Source of the DNA: Turneriella sp.
GTDB lineage: Bacteria > Spirochaetota > Leptospiria > Turneriellales > Turneriellaceae
Assembly (NCBI GenBank): GCA_965279515.1
Contig: CBDIID010000003.1
Coordinates: 1,376,001 to 1,440,000, forward strand
Length of the DNA stretch: 64,000 nucleotides
Direction of reading: 5' to 3'
In this document: positions 1 through 8,687 of the stretch, one piece after another
Layout of the letters: each line of letters starts with the position of its first letter
How positions within the stretch are numbered: the stretch's first letter is position 1
The notes under the pieces: generated by a model
Database searches by the model: none
What the model was told of the DNA's origin: nothing
Seen by the model: the letters and a program-made list of their open reading frames with translations, nothing else
Translations under genes and position numbers: made by a program

Positions 1-74
1 ATGTGGGGATGGTTGAACGAGCGCAAAAGTGTATCGAGAACGATGGGTTCATCCGTAAGCTTTGCAAAAAACAT
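1..74 (-). CDS. moaE: Molybdopterin synthase catalytic subunit, N-terminal fragment (runs off window)
   Basis: ATG at 74 directly after the moaD stop; reads MFFAKLTDEPIVLDTLLRSFNHPH, resembling a MoaE N-terminus; operon position. Confidence 0.65.
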   Translation of the reverse strand, partial: MFFAKLTDEPIVLDTLLRSFNHPH

Positions 75-320
75 CTAACCCCCGCTCGATGGCGGCAGAA
101 TATAATATTTGGCTGCATCGGCGAGCGGCTGCTCTGCCGCAAGAAAGGCGTCTTCACCCGCCACCCGCGAAACTTTGAGCCAGTCGGCGGCCAGCGCATT
201 CTTTTTTTCGAGTATACTGAGCAGTGATCCCGCGGTTGAAGAGACCGGCACTTCCAAAGAAACAGCCTCGCTGAAAAAATCTTTTAACTGCGCATAAAAA
301 TGCACTTCCACTGTTATCAT
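75..320 (-). CDS. moaD: Molybdopterin synthase sulfur carrier subunit
   Basis: 81 aa ThiS/MoaD-size protein ending ILPPSSGG (C-terminal di-Gly); moa operon. Confidence 0.92.
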   Translation of the reverse strand: MITVEVHFYAQLKDFFSEAVSLEVPVSSTAGSLLSILEKKNALAADWLKVSRVAGEDAFLAAEQPLADAAKYYILPPSSGG

Positions 321-1231
321 CCGCCGATATCCCGCATCACGAGCGCGCTGCCGGTGAATTTTTCCGCTTGTTTGAGTTCCATGGCTTTTTTCAGCACAGC
401 TGTCATATCCGTGCCACCGGCAAGAGAAAATCCCCTGGGGTTACTCAGGCAGCCATAGACCACACCATGGCTATCCAGCCGCAACCGGTCACAGTCCGAG
501 CAGAAAGGCAGCGAGGTATTGCCGATAATGCCGAATCGGTAACTGTCGGAAAGTTCATAATAATGCGCGGTTGCATGCGGTGCACGGGGCAGCGCATGGA
601 ACTCGAAGGCGCTGCCGATGATCGACAAGATCTCTTCGGCCATGACAACGCGCGCTGAACGCTCGCCGTACAGATGCCCCATTGCCATGAGTTCGAGAAA
701 GCGTATGGGGATATTTTTTCCTTTCGCCCAACCCAGTAGCGGCAGAATCTGGGAATCATTCATCTCTGCGACGAGTGTGGTATTGATTTTAACTTCGAGT
801 CCTGCGTCGACTGCCGCGTCGATGCCGGCAAATACCGCAGCGGGATTTCGGCCCCCCATCTGTCGAAAAACGGTTTCATCGAGGGCGTCCAGCGAGATAT
901 TCACTGACTGAAGCCCTGCAGCGCGGAGCGGCGGCGCAAGTCGCGCCAGGGCAAAGCCATTGGTCGTCAGGGCAATTTTCGGAATGCCCAGATTTTTGAT
1001 GCCCTTAACGAGCCGCACAAGCTCGCGGTAGAGCGTCGGCTCGCCGCCGGTCAGCCTGATTTCATTTAGCGGATTCACTTCGTGAATCGCCCGCACCCAA
1101 TCCAGAAAATTTTGCACACCGGTCTGCGCCTGCAACAGACTAGGCGCGCCGTCGTGTACGCAATACACGCAGGCAAAATTGCACGAGCCGGTCAGGCTGA
1201 GCCTCAGTTTGCGGAAGCGTCTCATCTCCAC
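317..1231 (-). CDS. moaA: GTP 3',8-cyclase (radical SAM)
   Basis: CNFACVYC radical-SAM motif, LTGGEP, C-terminal FCSDCDRLR...CL cluster, ends IGG. Confidence 0.95.
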   Translation of the reverse strand: MEMRRFRKLRLSLTGSCNFACVYCVHDGAPSLLQAQTGVQNFLDWVRAIHEVNPLNEIRLTGGEPTLYRELVRLVKGIKNLGIPKIALTTNGFALARLAPPLRAAGLQSVNISLDALDETVFRQMGGRNPAAVFAGIDAAVDAGLEVKINTTLVAEMNDSQILPLLGWAKGKNIPIRFLELMAMGHLYGERSARVVMAEEILSIIGSAFEFHALPRAPHATAHYYELSDSYRFGIIGNTSLPFCSDCDRLRLDSHGVVYGCLSNPRGFSLAGGTDMTAVLKKAMELKQAEKFTGSALVMRDIGG

Positions 1232-2415
1232 GGCAGAAACTCCACAATTTCACCGCGCGTAAGTGTCTTTTTGTTCGCAGAATGTACCGCCAAACCGTCT
1301 GACCCCAACCCCGCGCGTATGTCGCCGCTGCCATTGAAAGTGACGGCTTCAAGCTCCGAAGGAGAATCTGCCCGGTTCGCGATGCGCACCGGAAAAAAAT
1401 GCTGCAGCGAATCTTTCTTCTGCCGTTCTTTTGCGAGCGGCAATGCCATGCGCAGCCCAGCAGCCATGCCAAAGCATTGCCTCAGATAGGGCTCGATATA
1501 GACCTTGAAGACGATCTGGCTCGACCACGGATTTCCCGGAATCGCAAAGACGCGCGTCTTGCCCCGTGTACCAAACCACAGTGGTTTTCCCGGCTTCATT
1601 GCCGTCTTATGAAATATTTCCTTAACCTTAAGCTTTGCCAAAATCTCCGGCACATAATCAGAATCACCCGCCGAGACCCCGCCCGTCAGTAAGACAATAT
1701 CGGCCGTGAGCGCCGAGCGCAGCGCCATTGTCAGGCGCATCTTGTCGTCGGCGACGTGCTTTGCGGTAATGTTGATAATGCCATAAGGCGCGAGCATCGC
1801 CTTAAGGGCGTAGGCATTCGAATTGCGTATCTGCTCAGGTTTCGGCTTGCGGTTTAAAGGAATAATTTCATTGCCGGTTGTGAGGATGACCACGCGCGGC
1901 AATTTTTGCACGTCCGGGCGGGCGATACCCAGCGATGCCAAAGCCGTCGCCACACTGTGATCGATAATATTTCCCGCGGTGGCGACTGTTGTTCCGCGTT
2001 TCAGATCTTCACCCATGGGCGAGATATTGTGCCAGCGCGAAACATTCGCCGCGGCAAAGCTGACGAGACCATTTTTGTCTTCACTATCTTCCCTGCGGAT
2101 GACTGCGTCAAACCCTTGCGGCACCGCGGCACCGGTCATAATCTTCACCGCAGAGCCCGCGGGATAAGGCTTTTTTTGAATCTTATCACCCGCAAACACC
2201 GTCCCTTTCACCGCGTACTCCTTTTCCGATGAGAATCCGGCGGAATGAACAGCATAGCCGTCCATCGCCGAGCGGTTAAAGGGCGGATAATCCCGGTCAG
2301 CGCGGACATCTTCCGCGGCGACGCGGCCAAAACTCTTTTCGAGCATAATCTTTTCTGTACCGAAGCTTTGCGCTTCAGCAAGAATGAGTTTCAGAGCCGC
2401 GTCGACGGATATCAA
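1222..2415 (-). CDS. moeA: Molybdopterin molybdotransferase
   Basis: PPFNRSAMDGYAV, IMTGA, TGGVSAG, KPGKP, PGNP motifs. Confidence 0.95.
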   Translation of the reverse strand: MISVDAALKLILAEAQSFGTEKIMLEKSFGRVAAEDVRADRDYPPFNRSAMDGYAVHSAGFSSEKEYAVKGTVFAGDKIQKKPYPAGSAVKIMTGAAVPQGFDAVIRREDSEDKNGLVSFAAANVSRWHNISPMGEDLKRGTTVATAGNIIDHSVATALASLGIARPDVQKLPRVVILTTGNEIIPLNRKPKPEQIRNSNAYALKAMLAPYGIINITAKHVADDKMRLTMALRSALTADIVLLTGGVSAGDSDYVPEILAKLKVKEIFHKTAMKPGKPLWFGTRGKTRVFAIPGNPWSSQIVFKVYIEPYLRQCFGMAAGLRMALPLAKERQKKDSLQHFFPVRIANRADSPSELEAVTFNGSGDIRAGLGSDGLAVHSANKKTLTRGEIVEFLPWR

Positions 2416-3329
2416 TGCCCGCCACCCCGCAGCATCTTGTTCGCATGAAAGAGCGCCGGCAGCACCGCATCCAGGCTTTCTTTTGCGCCAGCCGAACTTC
2501 CCGGCAGGCAGATGACGAGAGTTTGACCGATTGAACCTGCGAGCGAGCGGGAAAACATCGCGAGCGGTGTACGCTCGTTGCCATACTGGCGCATCTTTTC
2601 GCCGATGCCGTCGGCAATTTTTTCGAGCAACGGCGTCACGGCTTCGATGGCCTGGTCGCGGGGCGAGAGGCCCGTGCCGCCGGTGGTGAAGATAAACTGC
2701 ACACCGGCCTCGACCCAGGTCTTGATCTGTGAACGGATTTCGGCTACGTCGTCGGGGATAATTTTGTATTCTGCGATTTTAACTTCGAGCTTTTCGAGCT
2801 CCGCCTGGATGATTTTACCCGACGCGTCTTCGCGCTTGCCCTGCGACGCCGAATCGGAACAGACGAGGATGGCAGCCGTGTGCCCCACGCCCGAATTCTT
2901 TTTGCGGTCAGCCTTACCGCCGGTTTTTTCGAGCAATTTTACGCCGCCGATTTCGAGATCTTTGTCGACGGGTTTTAAAAGATCATAGATCGTCAGCGCC
3001 GCCACAGTCGCCGCCGTGATCGCCTCGATTTCGATACCGGTTTTGTAGATCGTCTTTGCGAACACCTGCACAAGCACCTGACCACGTTCACCTTCTTTCT
3101 TTAGATCGAAGGTGATGTCGAGATGTTCGATCGGTATAGGATGGCAGTGGGGTATGAGCGACGGCGTCGCCTTGGCACCCAAAAGCCCCGCCGCGCGCGC
3201 GACGTCAAAGAGGTTGCCCTTAGGCAGTTTATTCTCGCGGATCAGTTCGATCGTAGCTGCACCGCAGTGCACCGCAGCCATCGCTGTCGCGGTTCTCAGG
3301 CTAAAGTTTTTCGCCGTAATATCGGTCAT
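2412..3329 (-). CDS. moaCB: Bifunctional MoaC/MoaB(MogA) molybdenum cofactor biosynthesis protein
   Basis: N-half LIPHCHP, TGIEIEA, IYDLLK, LEKTGGK (MoaC); C-half TTGGTG, CLPGS (MoaB/MogA); ATG 3329 preferred over TTG 3371. Confidence 0.92.
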   Translation of the reverse strand: MTDITAKNFSLRTATAMAAVHCGAATIELIRENKLPKGNLFDVARAAGLLGAKATPSLIPHCHPIPIEHLDITFDLKKEGERGQVLVQVFAKTIYKTGIEIEAITAATVAALTIYDLLKPVDKDLEIGGVKLLEKTGGKADRKKNSGVGHTAAILVCSDSASQGKREDASGKIIQAELEKLEVKIAEYKIIPDDVAEIRSQIKTWVEAGVQFIFTTGGTGLSPRDQAIEAVTPLLEKIADGIGEKMRQYGNERTPLAMFSRSLAGSIGQTLVICLPGSSAGAKESLDAVLPALFHANKMLRGGGH

Positions 3330-3374
3330 CTTTACCGCATGCAGATAGATCAAAGTCAGAGGGAAAAGCAATAT

Positions 3375-5639
3375 CTACGAAGCCTTCTCGACCCTTACCG
3401 CTGCTTGCTTGTAGTTGGGCTCGCGCGAGATCGGGTCGAATGCATTCAGCGTCAGATTATTCGCATTCGTCTTAAACCAGTGGAAGGGAATAAAAATCTG
3501 TCCTTCGCCGATGATTTCTGTGATGCGCAGCGTAATCTTCTCCACACTGCCGCGCCGCGAAATGACGCGCACCGCTTCTCCCTGTTTCAGGCCGAGTTTT
3601 TCGGCATCAGCCGGGTTCATCTCTACCCATGCCTCAGGCGAGAGTTTTTGCAGAATCTCAACATTTGCGGTTTTTGTCATGGTATGCCAGTGCTCTACAG
3701 TGCGGCCGGTATTCAGCACAAACGGGTACTCCTCATTGGGTTTCTCGGGCATATCTTTGTTCTCTACGGCAAAAAATTTCGCGCGGCCGTCTTCGTGCTG
3801 GTAAATTCCGTCGGCATAGAGGCGCCGGGGATTCAGCGCAGTGGCCGGATCATCGCTTTCTCTAAACGGCCATTGCACTCCGCCGACTTTATCCAAAAGA
3901 TCATACGTGATGCCGGAATAATCGCATAGCCTGCCTTTCGACACCTGCTTCCACTCATTGAAGGCGTCCCCGACATTGCGCCAGCCGGGATAAATCTTTT
4001 CGACAACGCCCAGCTTGCGCGACACTTCGAGAAAAATATCAAAGTCCGACATCGCCTCGCCAGGGGCATTGATCGCTTTGTTCGCCTTACTCACGCGCCG
4101 TTCAGAATTAGTATATGTACCTTCTTTCTCTCCCCAGACCGAGGCAGGCAGCACGAGGTCAGCGAGCTCTGTCGTTGGAGTCGGATGGAAAGCATCCTGC
4201 ACGACAAAAAAGTCGAGGCGGCCCAATGCATCTTTGAGGAACTCTTGATTCGGAAACGAAACAAGGGGATTCGTGGCAATCACCCACAGCGCTTTGATCT
4301 CGCCCTGCATGATCGCTTCGATAATGTCGGGGTAGGCATAGCCGCGCTTGTCTGGAATTTCGGCGGCATCGACATGCCAGAGCCGCGCCATGTCTTCGCG
4401 GTCAGCGGCGCTTTCATATTTTCTGTAGCCTGGCAATGACCCTGTGCACGAAGTCTCGCGCGTGCCCATGGCATTACACTGCCCGGTAATCGAAAACGAA
4501 GACGCACCGGCTCGGCCGATATTTTGCGTCATGAGGCAGAGGTTATTGATCGCGTTCACTGTCTCGGTGCCCTGATCGGAGTGATTCACCCCCATGCTCC
4601 AGCCGACGAAGAGCGCCTTGGCCTGCGCGATGACCGAAGCGGCTTTCAGAATCTGCGCAAGCGGTAATCCGGTCGTGATAGCGACAGTTTCAGGCGTGTA
4701 CGATTCAAGCGAGCGCACAAAATCCTCAAAACCTGTGGTGTGTGCATCGATATAATCTTTCTTATAGGCGCCGTTCTTAATCAAGAGGTGCATGATGCCG
4801 TTGAGCAGTGCGACATCGCTGCGCGGTTTTAACGGCAGGTATGTGTCAGCCATCTGTGCGGTTTTGGTTGCGCGCGGGTCGGCGACGATCAGGTGTTTGT
4901 TAGGGTTCTCATTCGCCGCAAGCCAGCAGGTCAGAATCGGGTGGTTGTCAGCGATGTTCGCGCCGATGAGAAAAATACAATCCGCGAGCGCCATGTCTTC
5001 GTAGGCACCGGGAGGGCCATCGGAACCGAACGAGCGCTTGTAACCCGAAACGGCGGATGCCATACACAGCGTGGTGTTGCCGTCGTAGTTGCGGGTTTTA
5101 AATCCCAATTGCACCAGCTTGCCGAGCGTGTAAAATTCTTCCGTGACGAGTTGCCCGGTGCTGATGACACCGAGCGCATTATTACCGTATTTTCCCTGTA
5201 CCGCACGGAATTGCTGCACCATGACGTTGAGGGCCTCATTCCATGATACGCGGGAAAAACGGTCGGTTCGGCTCCGCTCACCGACCTTAGATCGGTTGCT
5301 GGGCGGAGCCGAAGCACCGCTCTTCAGCAGCGGGTAGCGCGCACGGTTCTCGGCGTTCAGGAAATGATGCTCGGCCAAACCCTTGGGGCAGAGTTTGCCG
5401 TAGTTCACGGGATGCCCAGGGTCGCCCTTGACGCTCACCGCTTTGCCGTCACGCACGCCAATATACATGCCGCAGCCCACAGAGCAATAACCGCAGGTCG
5501 TGCGCACCCATTTATCGGCGGTCTTCTCTTTCGCGATAACGCCCCACTCTTCAGTGTTGGCATACGAATATTTTTCCGGCGAATGGTCGAGACCGATGAT
5601 GGCTGGCAGCTTGGCAAAGGGCGACTTAATGGTTTGCAC
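3375..5639 (-). CDS. Mo-bisPGD nitrate reductase catalytic subunit (NasA/NapA family), no Tat signal
   Basis: CGYCSVGC...LCPKG [4Fe-4S] motif; TLCMASA Mo-Cys ligand; GQCNAMG; LNTGR..HWHT; DPISREP; nitrate transporter and nitrite reductase adjacent. Confidence 0.88.
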   Translation of the reverse strand: MQTIKSPFAKLPAIIGLDHSPEKYSYANTEEWGVIAKEKTADKWVRTTCGYCSVGCGMYIGVRDGKAVSVKGDPGHPVNYGKLCPKGLAEHHFLNAENRARYPLLKSGASAPPSNRSKVGERSRTDRFSRVSWNEALNVMVQQFRAVQGKYGNNALGVISTGQLVTEEFYTLGKLVQLGFKTRNYDGNTTLCMASAVSGYKRSFGSDGPPGAYEDMALADCIFLIGANIADNHPILTCWLAANENPNKHLIVADPRATKTAQMADTYLPLKPRSDVALLNGIMHLLIKNGAYKKDYIDAHTTGFEDFVRSLESYTPETVAITTGLPLAQILKAASVIAQAKALFVGWSMGVNHSDQGTETVNAINNLCLMTQNIGRAGASSFSITGQCNAMGTRETSCTGSLPGYRKYESAADREDMARLWHVDAAEIPDKRGYAYPDIIEAIMQGEIKALWVIATNPLVSFPNQEFLKDALGRLDFFVVQDAFHPTPTTELADLVLPASVWGEKEGTYTNSERRVSKANKAINAPGEAMSDFDIFLEVSRKLGVVEKIYPGWRNVGDAFNEWKQVSKGRLCDYSGITYDLLDKVGGVQWPFRESDDPATALNPRRLYADGIYQHEDGRAKFFAVENKDMPEKPNEEYPFVLNTGRTVEHWHTMTKTANVEILQKLSPEAWVEMNPADAEKLGLKQGEAVRVISRRGSVEKITLRITEIIGEGQIFIPFHWFKTNANNLTLNAFDPISREPNYKQAAVRVEKAS
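5260..5319. repeat. Palindromic element in-frame within the nitrate reductase gene
   Basis: TTCGGCTCCGCTCA (5267-5280) pairs with TGGGCGGAGCCGAA (5300-5313), 13/14; encodes the segment SGASAPPSNRSKVGERSRTD. Confidence 0.7.
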
Positions 5640-7290
5640 GGAAAAATCCTCCTGCCATATTCTTGGGCACTACCGTCACGAAGAACAGGTAGCGGCCGGC
5701 GAATTCCGAAAATAATAACAGTAAACAAGTCAATCCACCTAGAAGGGTGTGCTGGGCAGGCGAAATTGCATTACCCAAACGGGTGAGCACCAGCGGAATC
5801 AGAATACCGCCAGTAAATAACGCGGCGAGCCGCAAAAAGAACAACTTACGGAAATTAACCGTGAGCAAAGTTGCGGTTCCCCGTAGTTCATGGTGTTGCT
5901 CATTCGTCATGTGTAAGAAATGCCGCGCCAAAATGACAACCTGCACCGCCGAAGCGGCGAGCGTCAAAAGATAGAGCGGCAACGACGGCACGCCCGCCAA
6001 ATGCATTAACCAGCCGACGACCGCCGAGCCCAATATGAAACCCGTCGCGAGAAAGCGGTAGGCCGTGACCTTTGTGTGCCACGAAGGCCGCGCCGGAACC
6101 ATGTAGATAAAGGCACTCGAAAACACAGCGGCAATGCCCGAGAGAGCCACGACGCCACCCAACACCAGGCGCTCAAAACCTTTTACGGGTATCAATCCCA
6201 GTGCGTCGGCGACAAAGAGCGAGGCATAGGCGCCGGCAGCGAAAGAAAACCACGAGAACAGCAAAATCTCGCGCGAGAGCCATGAGCTCTTGAGATTTCT
6301 GAGCGCCTTCCACGCCATGATCGGGCGGCCGAGGTGGAGTACCGCCGTACCGAGCGACAATGCTGCCGCCGCAAACATACCCACCGCCATCGGCATGAGC
6401 GCCGTCTTCGGCACAGTAAAGAAATGAAACACCTGTGATAAAAGATCAGTGAGCCACAAAGAAATAAATCCTCCGACCGAAAGTTGCGTCAGGCAAAGAA
6501 AGAAGACCAGCGAGGCATGCGCATGTTCGGGCTGTACGTTGTAATCAGATACCGCGATGCCTTTTTCACGCACGCCCTCGGGTAAGGTGATGCGCGTCGT
6601 TGAAATCGTTTGGTTCGCATCGGGCATACCCGGCGCATCGGCAAGCTTATGGTCGCTTCGCCAAACATCCTTATGAATAATTTCGATTTGGATTGCACCT
6701 TCGGGGCAGGCATCGGCGCAGGCAGGAACCTGCCCCTCAGCTAAGCGGCGCGAGCACATGTCGCACTTGGTGACGACGTGGCGCTCGCTGTTATACTGCG
6801 GCACACCGTAGGGGCAGTTCCAGACGCAGTACTGGCAACCGATGCAGCTATCGGCATTGTGGATTACAAGCCCTGTCTTCTCATCTTTAGTATAGGCCTT
6901 TGTCGGGCACCCGGTCATGCAGCTCGGGTCGAGGCAGTGATTGCAGCCCATCGAAAGATAGAGGCGCTTGGTGTCGGGAAATTTGCCCGCCTCGATTTCA
7001 CCCACACGCCGCCACGTGACATCCGCAGGATTATTGTTTTGTTCGTTGCAAGCGACGACGCAGCACTCGCAGCCAATGCATTTTGTTGCGTCAAAATGGA
7101 AACGGTACTGCTCGCCCTCTTCTAACGGGCGATCGGGAATAAGTTTTGTTTTGATAAAATTCTTCGCAGCATGCGCCGGCGAAGTTTTCGGAATTTCATA
7201 ATCGGGTACGGGCGGCGTGTAGTAGCCTGAAAGGTCAACGCGTTCGGTCAGTGGTAATTTTACCATGTCAAGAAGCGTGTGATCGGCCAT
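5626..7290 (-). CDS. Fused DmsB/NrfC-like 4x[4Fe-4S] protein + DmsC/NrfD-like membrane anchor
   Basis: Four Cys groups (CIGCECCVVAC, CNHCLDPSCMTGCP, CIGCQYCVWNCP, CDMC..ACADACP) followed by about 8 hydrophobic helices with HLGRP and SWLSRE; ATG 7290. Confidence 0.88.
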   Translation of the reverse strand: MADHTLLDMVKLPLTERVDLSGYYTPPVPDYEIPKTSPAHAAKNFIKTKLIPDRPLEEGEQYRFHFDATKCIGCECCVVACNEQNNNPADVTWRRVGEIEAGKFPDTKRLYLSMGCNHCLDPSCMTGCPTKAYTKDEKTGLVIHNADSCIGCQYCVWNCPYGVPQYNSERHVVTKCDMCSRRLAEGQVPACADACPEGAIQIEIIHKDVWRSDHKLADAPGMPDANQTISTTRITLPEGVREKGIAVSDYNVQPEHAHASLVFFLCLTQLSVGGFISLWLTDLLSQVFHFFTVPKTALMPMAVGMFAAAALSLGTAVLHLGRPIMAWKALRNLKSSWLSREILLFSWFSFAAGAYASLFVADALGLIPVKGFERLVLGGVVALSGIAAVFSSAFIYMVPARPSWHTKVTAYRFLATGFILGSAVVGWLMHLAGVPSLPLYLLTLAASAVQVVILARHFLHMTNEQHHELRGTATLLTVNFRKLFFLRLAALFTGGILIPLVLTRLGNAISPAQHTLLGGLTCLLLLFSEFAGRYLFFVTVVPKNMAGGFFRANH

Positions 7291-7301
7291 GATCGAAAAA
7301 G

Positions 7302-7317
7302 AGCAAAGCACATGCCA
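7302..7317 (-). promoter_or_regulatory. sigma54 -24/-12 promoter of the Fe-S/anchor-nitrate reductase-moa operon
   Basis: Minus strand TGGCATGTGCTTTGCT: GG-N10-GC, close match to TGGCAC-N5-TTGCW. Confidence 0.75.
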
Positions 7318-7381
7318 TAGTTTATAAAAAGTTTTGTGCTTAAAATTTATTTCAAAAAAAAATTCATCGCCCGCGCGTTTC

Positions 7382-7397
7382 CTTGACGTAAGTCAAG
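7382..7397. promoter_or_regulatory. Palindromic operator CTTGAC-N4-GTCAAG
   Basis: Perfect 6-bp-arm inverted repeat between the two divergent promoters; FNR/CRP-like geometry. Confidence 0.55.
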
Positions 7398-7411
7398 AAA
7401 ACCTATTATTC

Positions 7412-7427
7412 TGGTTCGCCTTTTGCT
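7412..7427 (+). promoter_or_regulatory. sigma54 -24/-12 promoter of narK-nirA-cysJ-like operon
   Basis: TGGTTCGCCTTTTGCT: GG-N10-GC with TTGC. Confidence 0.62.
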
Positions 7428-7439
7428 TGCACAAAGTTT

Positions 7440-8642
7440 ATGAAAACATTCAAAGACTTCTTAAACGCCGGGAGTTTCAGAACTCTCTTCAGCGCATTTT
7501 TATATTTCGATATCAGCTTCATGGTCTGGGTCATGCTCGGCGCACTGGGCGCAGTCATCGCCGAGCAGTTCCATCTCACATCCGCACAAAAGGGACTCAT
7601 GGTTTCGATTCCCCTTCTGGGCGGCACACTGCTGCGCATTCCGATGGGCATCCTCTCGGACCGCTTCGGCTCACGCCGCGTCGCGATGGTAGGTCAAATC
7701 ATCACTCTCATACCGCTCATCTGGGGATGGCTCGCCGGTAACAGCATGACTGAAATTTACGGGCTCGGCATTCTTTTGGGCGTCGCGGGCGCAAGTTTTG
7801 CTGTCGCACTGCCTCTCGCCAGCCGCTGGTATCCGCCACAATACCAGGGCCTTGTCATGGGGATTGCCGGCGCCGGAAACAGCGGCACCGTGATCGCGAC
7901 ATTTTTCGCACCCCGCCTCGCGAAAATGTACGGCTGGCACGCAGTCTTCGGAATCGCGCTGATACCGATGGTGCTGATGGCCATCGCATTTTTCTTTTTG
8001 GCGAAAGATGCACCAGTGCCTTATGTAAAGAAAAAACCCGGAGCCTACTTCGCACCGATCAAATCGCGCGACGCCGTTTTATTCTCGCTCTTTTACAGCA
8101 TCACCTTCGGCGGCTTCGTCGGCCTCGCAAGCTTTCTGCCGATTTTCTTTACCGACCAGTTTAAGCTCGATAAGATCAGCGCCGGCAACTGCACTGCGGC
8201 CTGCGTCATGGCCGGCAGTTTTGTTCGCCCGATCGGCGGTTATCTCGCCGACCGTTTCGGCGGTGTGAATGTACTGACCGGCATCTATGGCGTCATCGCC
8301 TCGCTCGCGCTTGCGATCTCGATCATGCCCGGCCTCGAACTCACACTCGCGCTCTTCATCGCAATGATGCTCGCTCTCGGTACCGGCAACGGTTCTGTCT
8401 TCCAGCTTGTACCGCTGCGCTTTAAGAGCGAAGTGGGAGTGATCACCGGGTTCGTCGGTGCCTTCGGTGGTTTGGGCGGCTTTTTACTCCCCAACCTTCT
8501 GGGTTCGCTGAAGGGCATGACACAGACGTATGCCACGGGCTTTGTCGTGTTCGCGGCGCTCGCTCTCACCGCCGGCATGCTGCTTTTCTGGATCAATGCC
8601 ATCGTCTGGCGCAACGATGAGTGGAAAGAGGTAGAGGTTTAA
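7440..8642 (+). CDS. narK: NarK/NasA-family nitrate/nitrite MFS transporter
   Basis: About 12 TM segments; GASFAVALPLASRWYP and GAGNSG nitrate-signature motifs; GTGNGSVFQLVP. Confidence 0.92.
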   Translation: MKTFKDFLNAGSFRTLFSAFLYFDISFMVWVMLGALGAVIAEQFHLTSAQKGLMVSIPLLGGTLLRIPMGILSDRFGSRRVAMVGQIITLIPLIWGWLAGNSMTEIYGLGILLGVAGASFAVALPLASRWYPPQYQGLVMGIAGAGNSGTVIATFFAPRLAKMYGWHAVFGIALIPMVLMAIAFFFLAKDAPVPYVKKKPGAYFAPIKSRDAVLFSLFYSITFGGFVGLASFLPIFFTDQFKLDKISAGNCTAACVMAGSFVRPIGGYLADRFGGVNVLTGIYGVIASLALAISIMPGLELTLALFIAMMLALGTGNGSVFQLVPLRFKSEVGVITGFVGAFGGLGGFLLPNLLGSLKGMTQTYATGFVVFAALALTAGMLLFWINAIVWRNDEWKEVEV

Positions 8643-8677
8643 CCCCACCCCAGCCCTCCCCTTATAGGGGAGGGAGC
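8643..8677. repeat. REP-like hairpin CCCCACCCCAGCCCTCCCC-TTATA-GGGGAGGGAG
   Basis: 9-bp stem 8654-8662/8666-8674; near-identical unit at 52541-52578. Confidence 0.75.
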
Positions 8678-8687
8678 AGGAAATACC

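Noticed and set aside
1..3329. Absence of mobA and cysG from the nitrate/Moco cluster
   Set aside because: The operon runs off the window edge, so absence cannot be judged
3123..3929. Long antisense ORFs (e.g. 3123-3929, 22735-23418, 26549-27331, 40656-41408)
   Set aside because: Shadow frames of well-supported genes on the opposite strand, with no recognisable motifs
8643..8677. Hairpin as a NasT/ANTAR antitermination element
   Set aside because: Single GC-run hairpin matching a dispersed repeat; no twin hexaloop ANTAR motif and no ANTAR gene in the window
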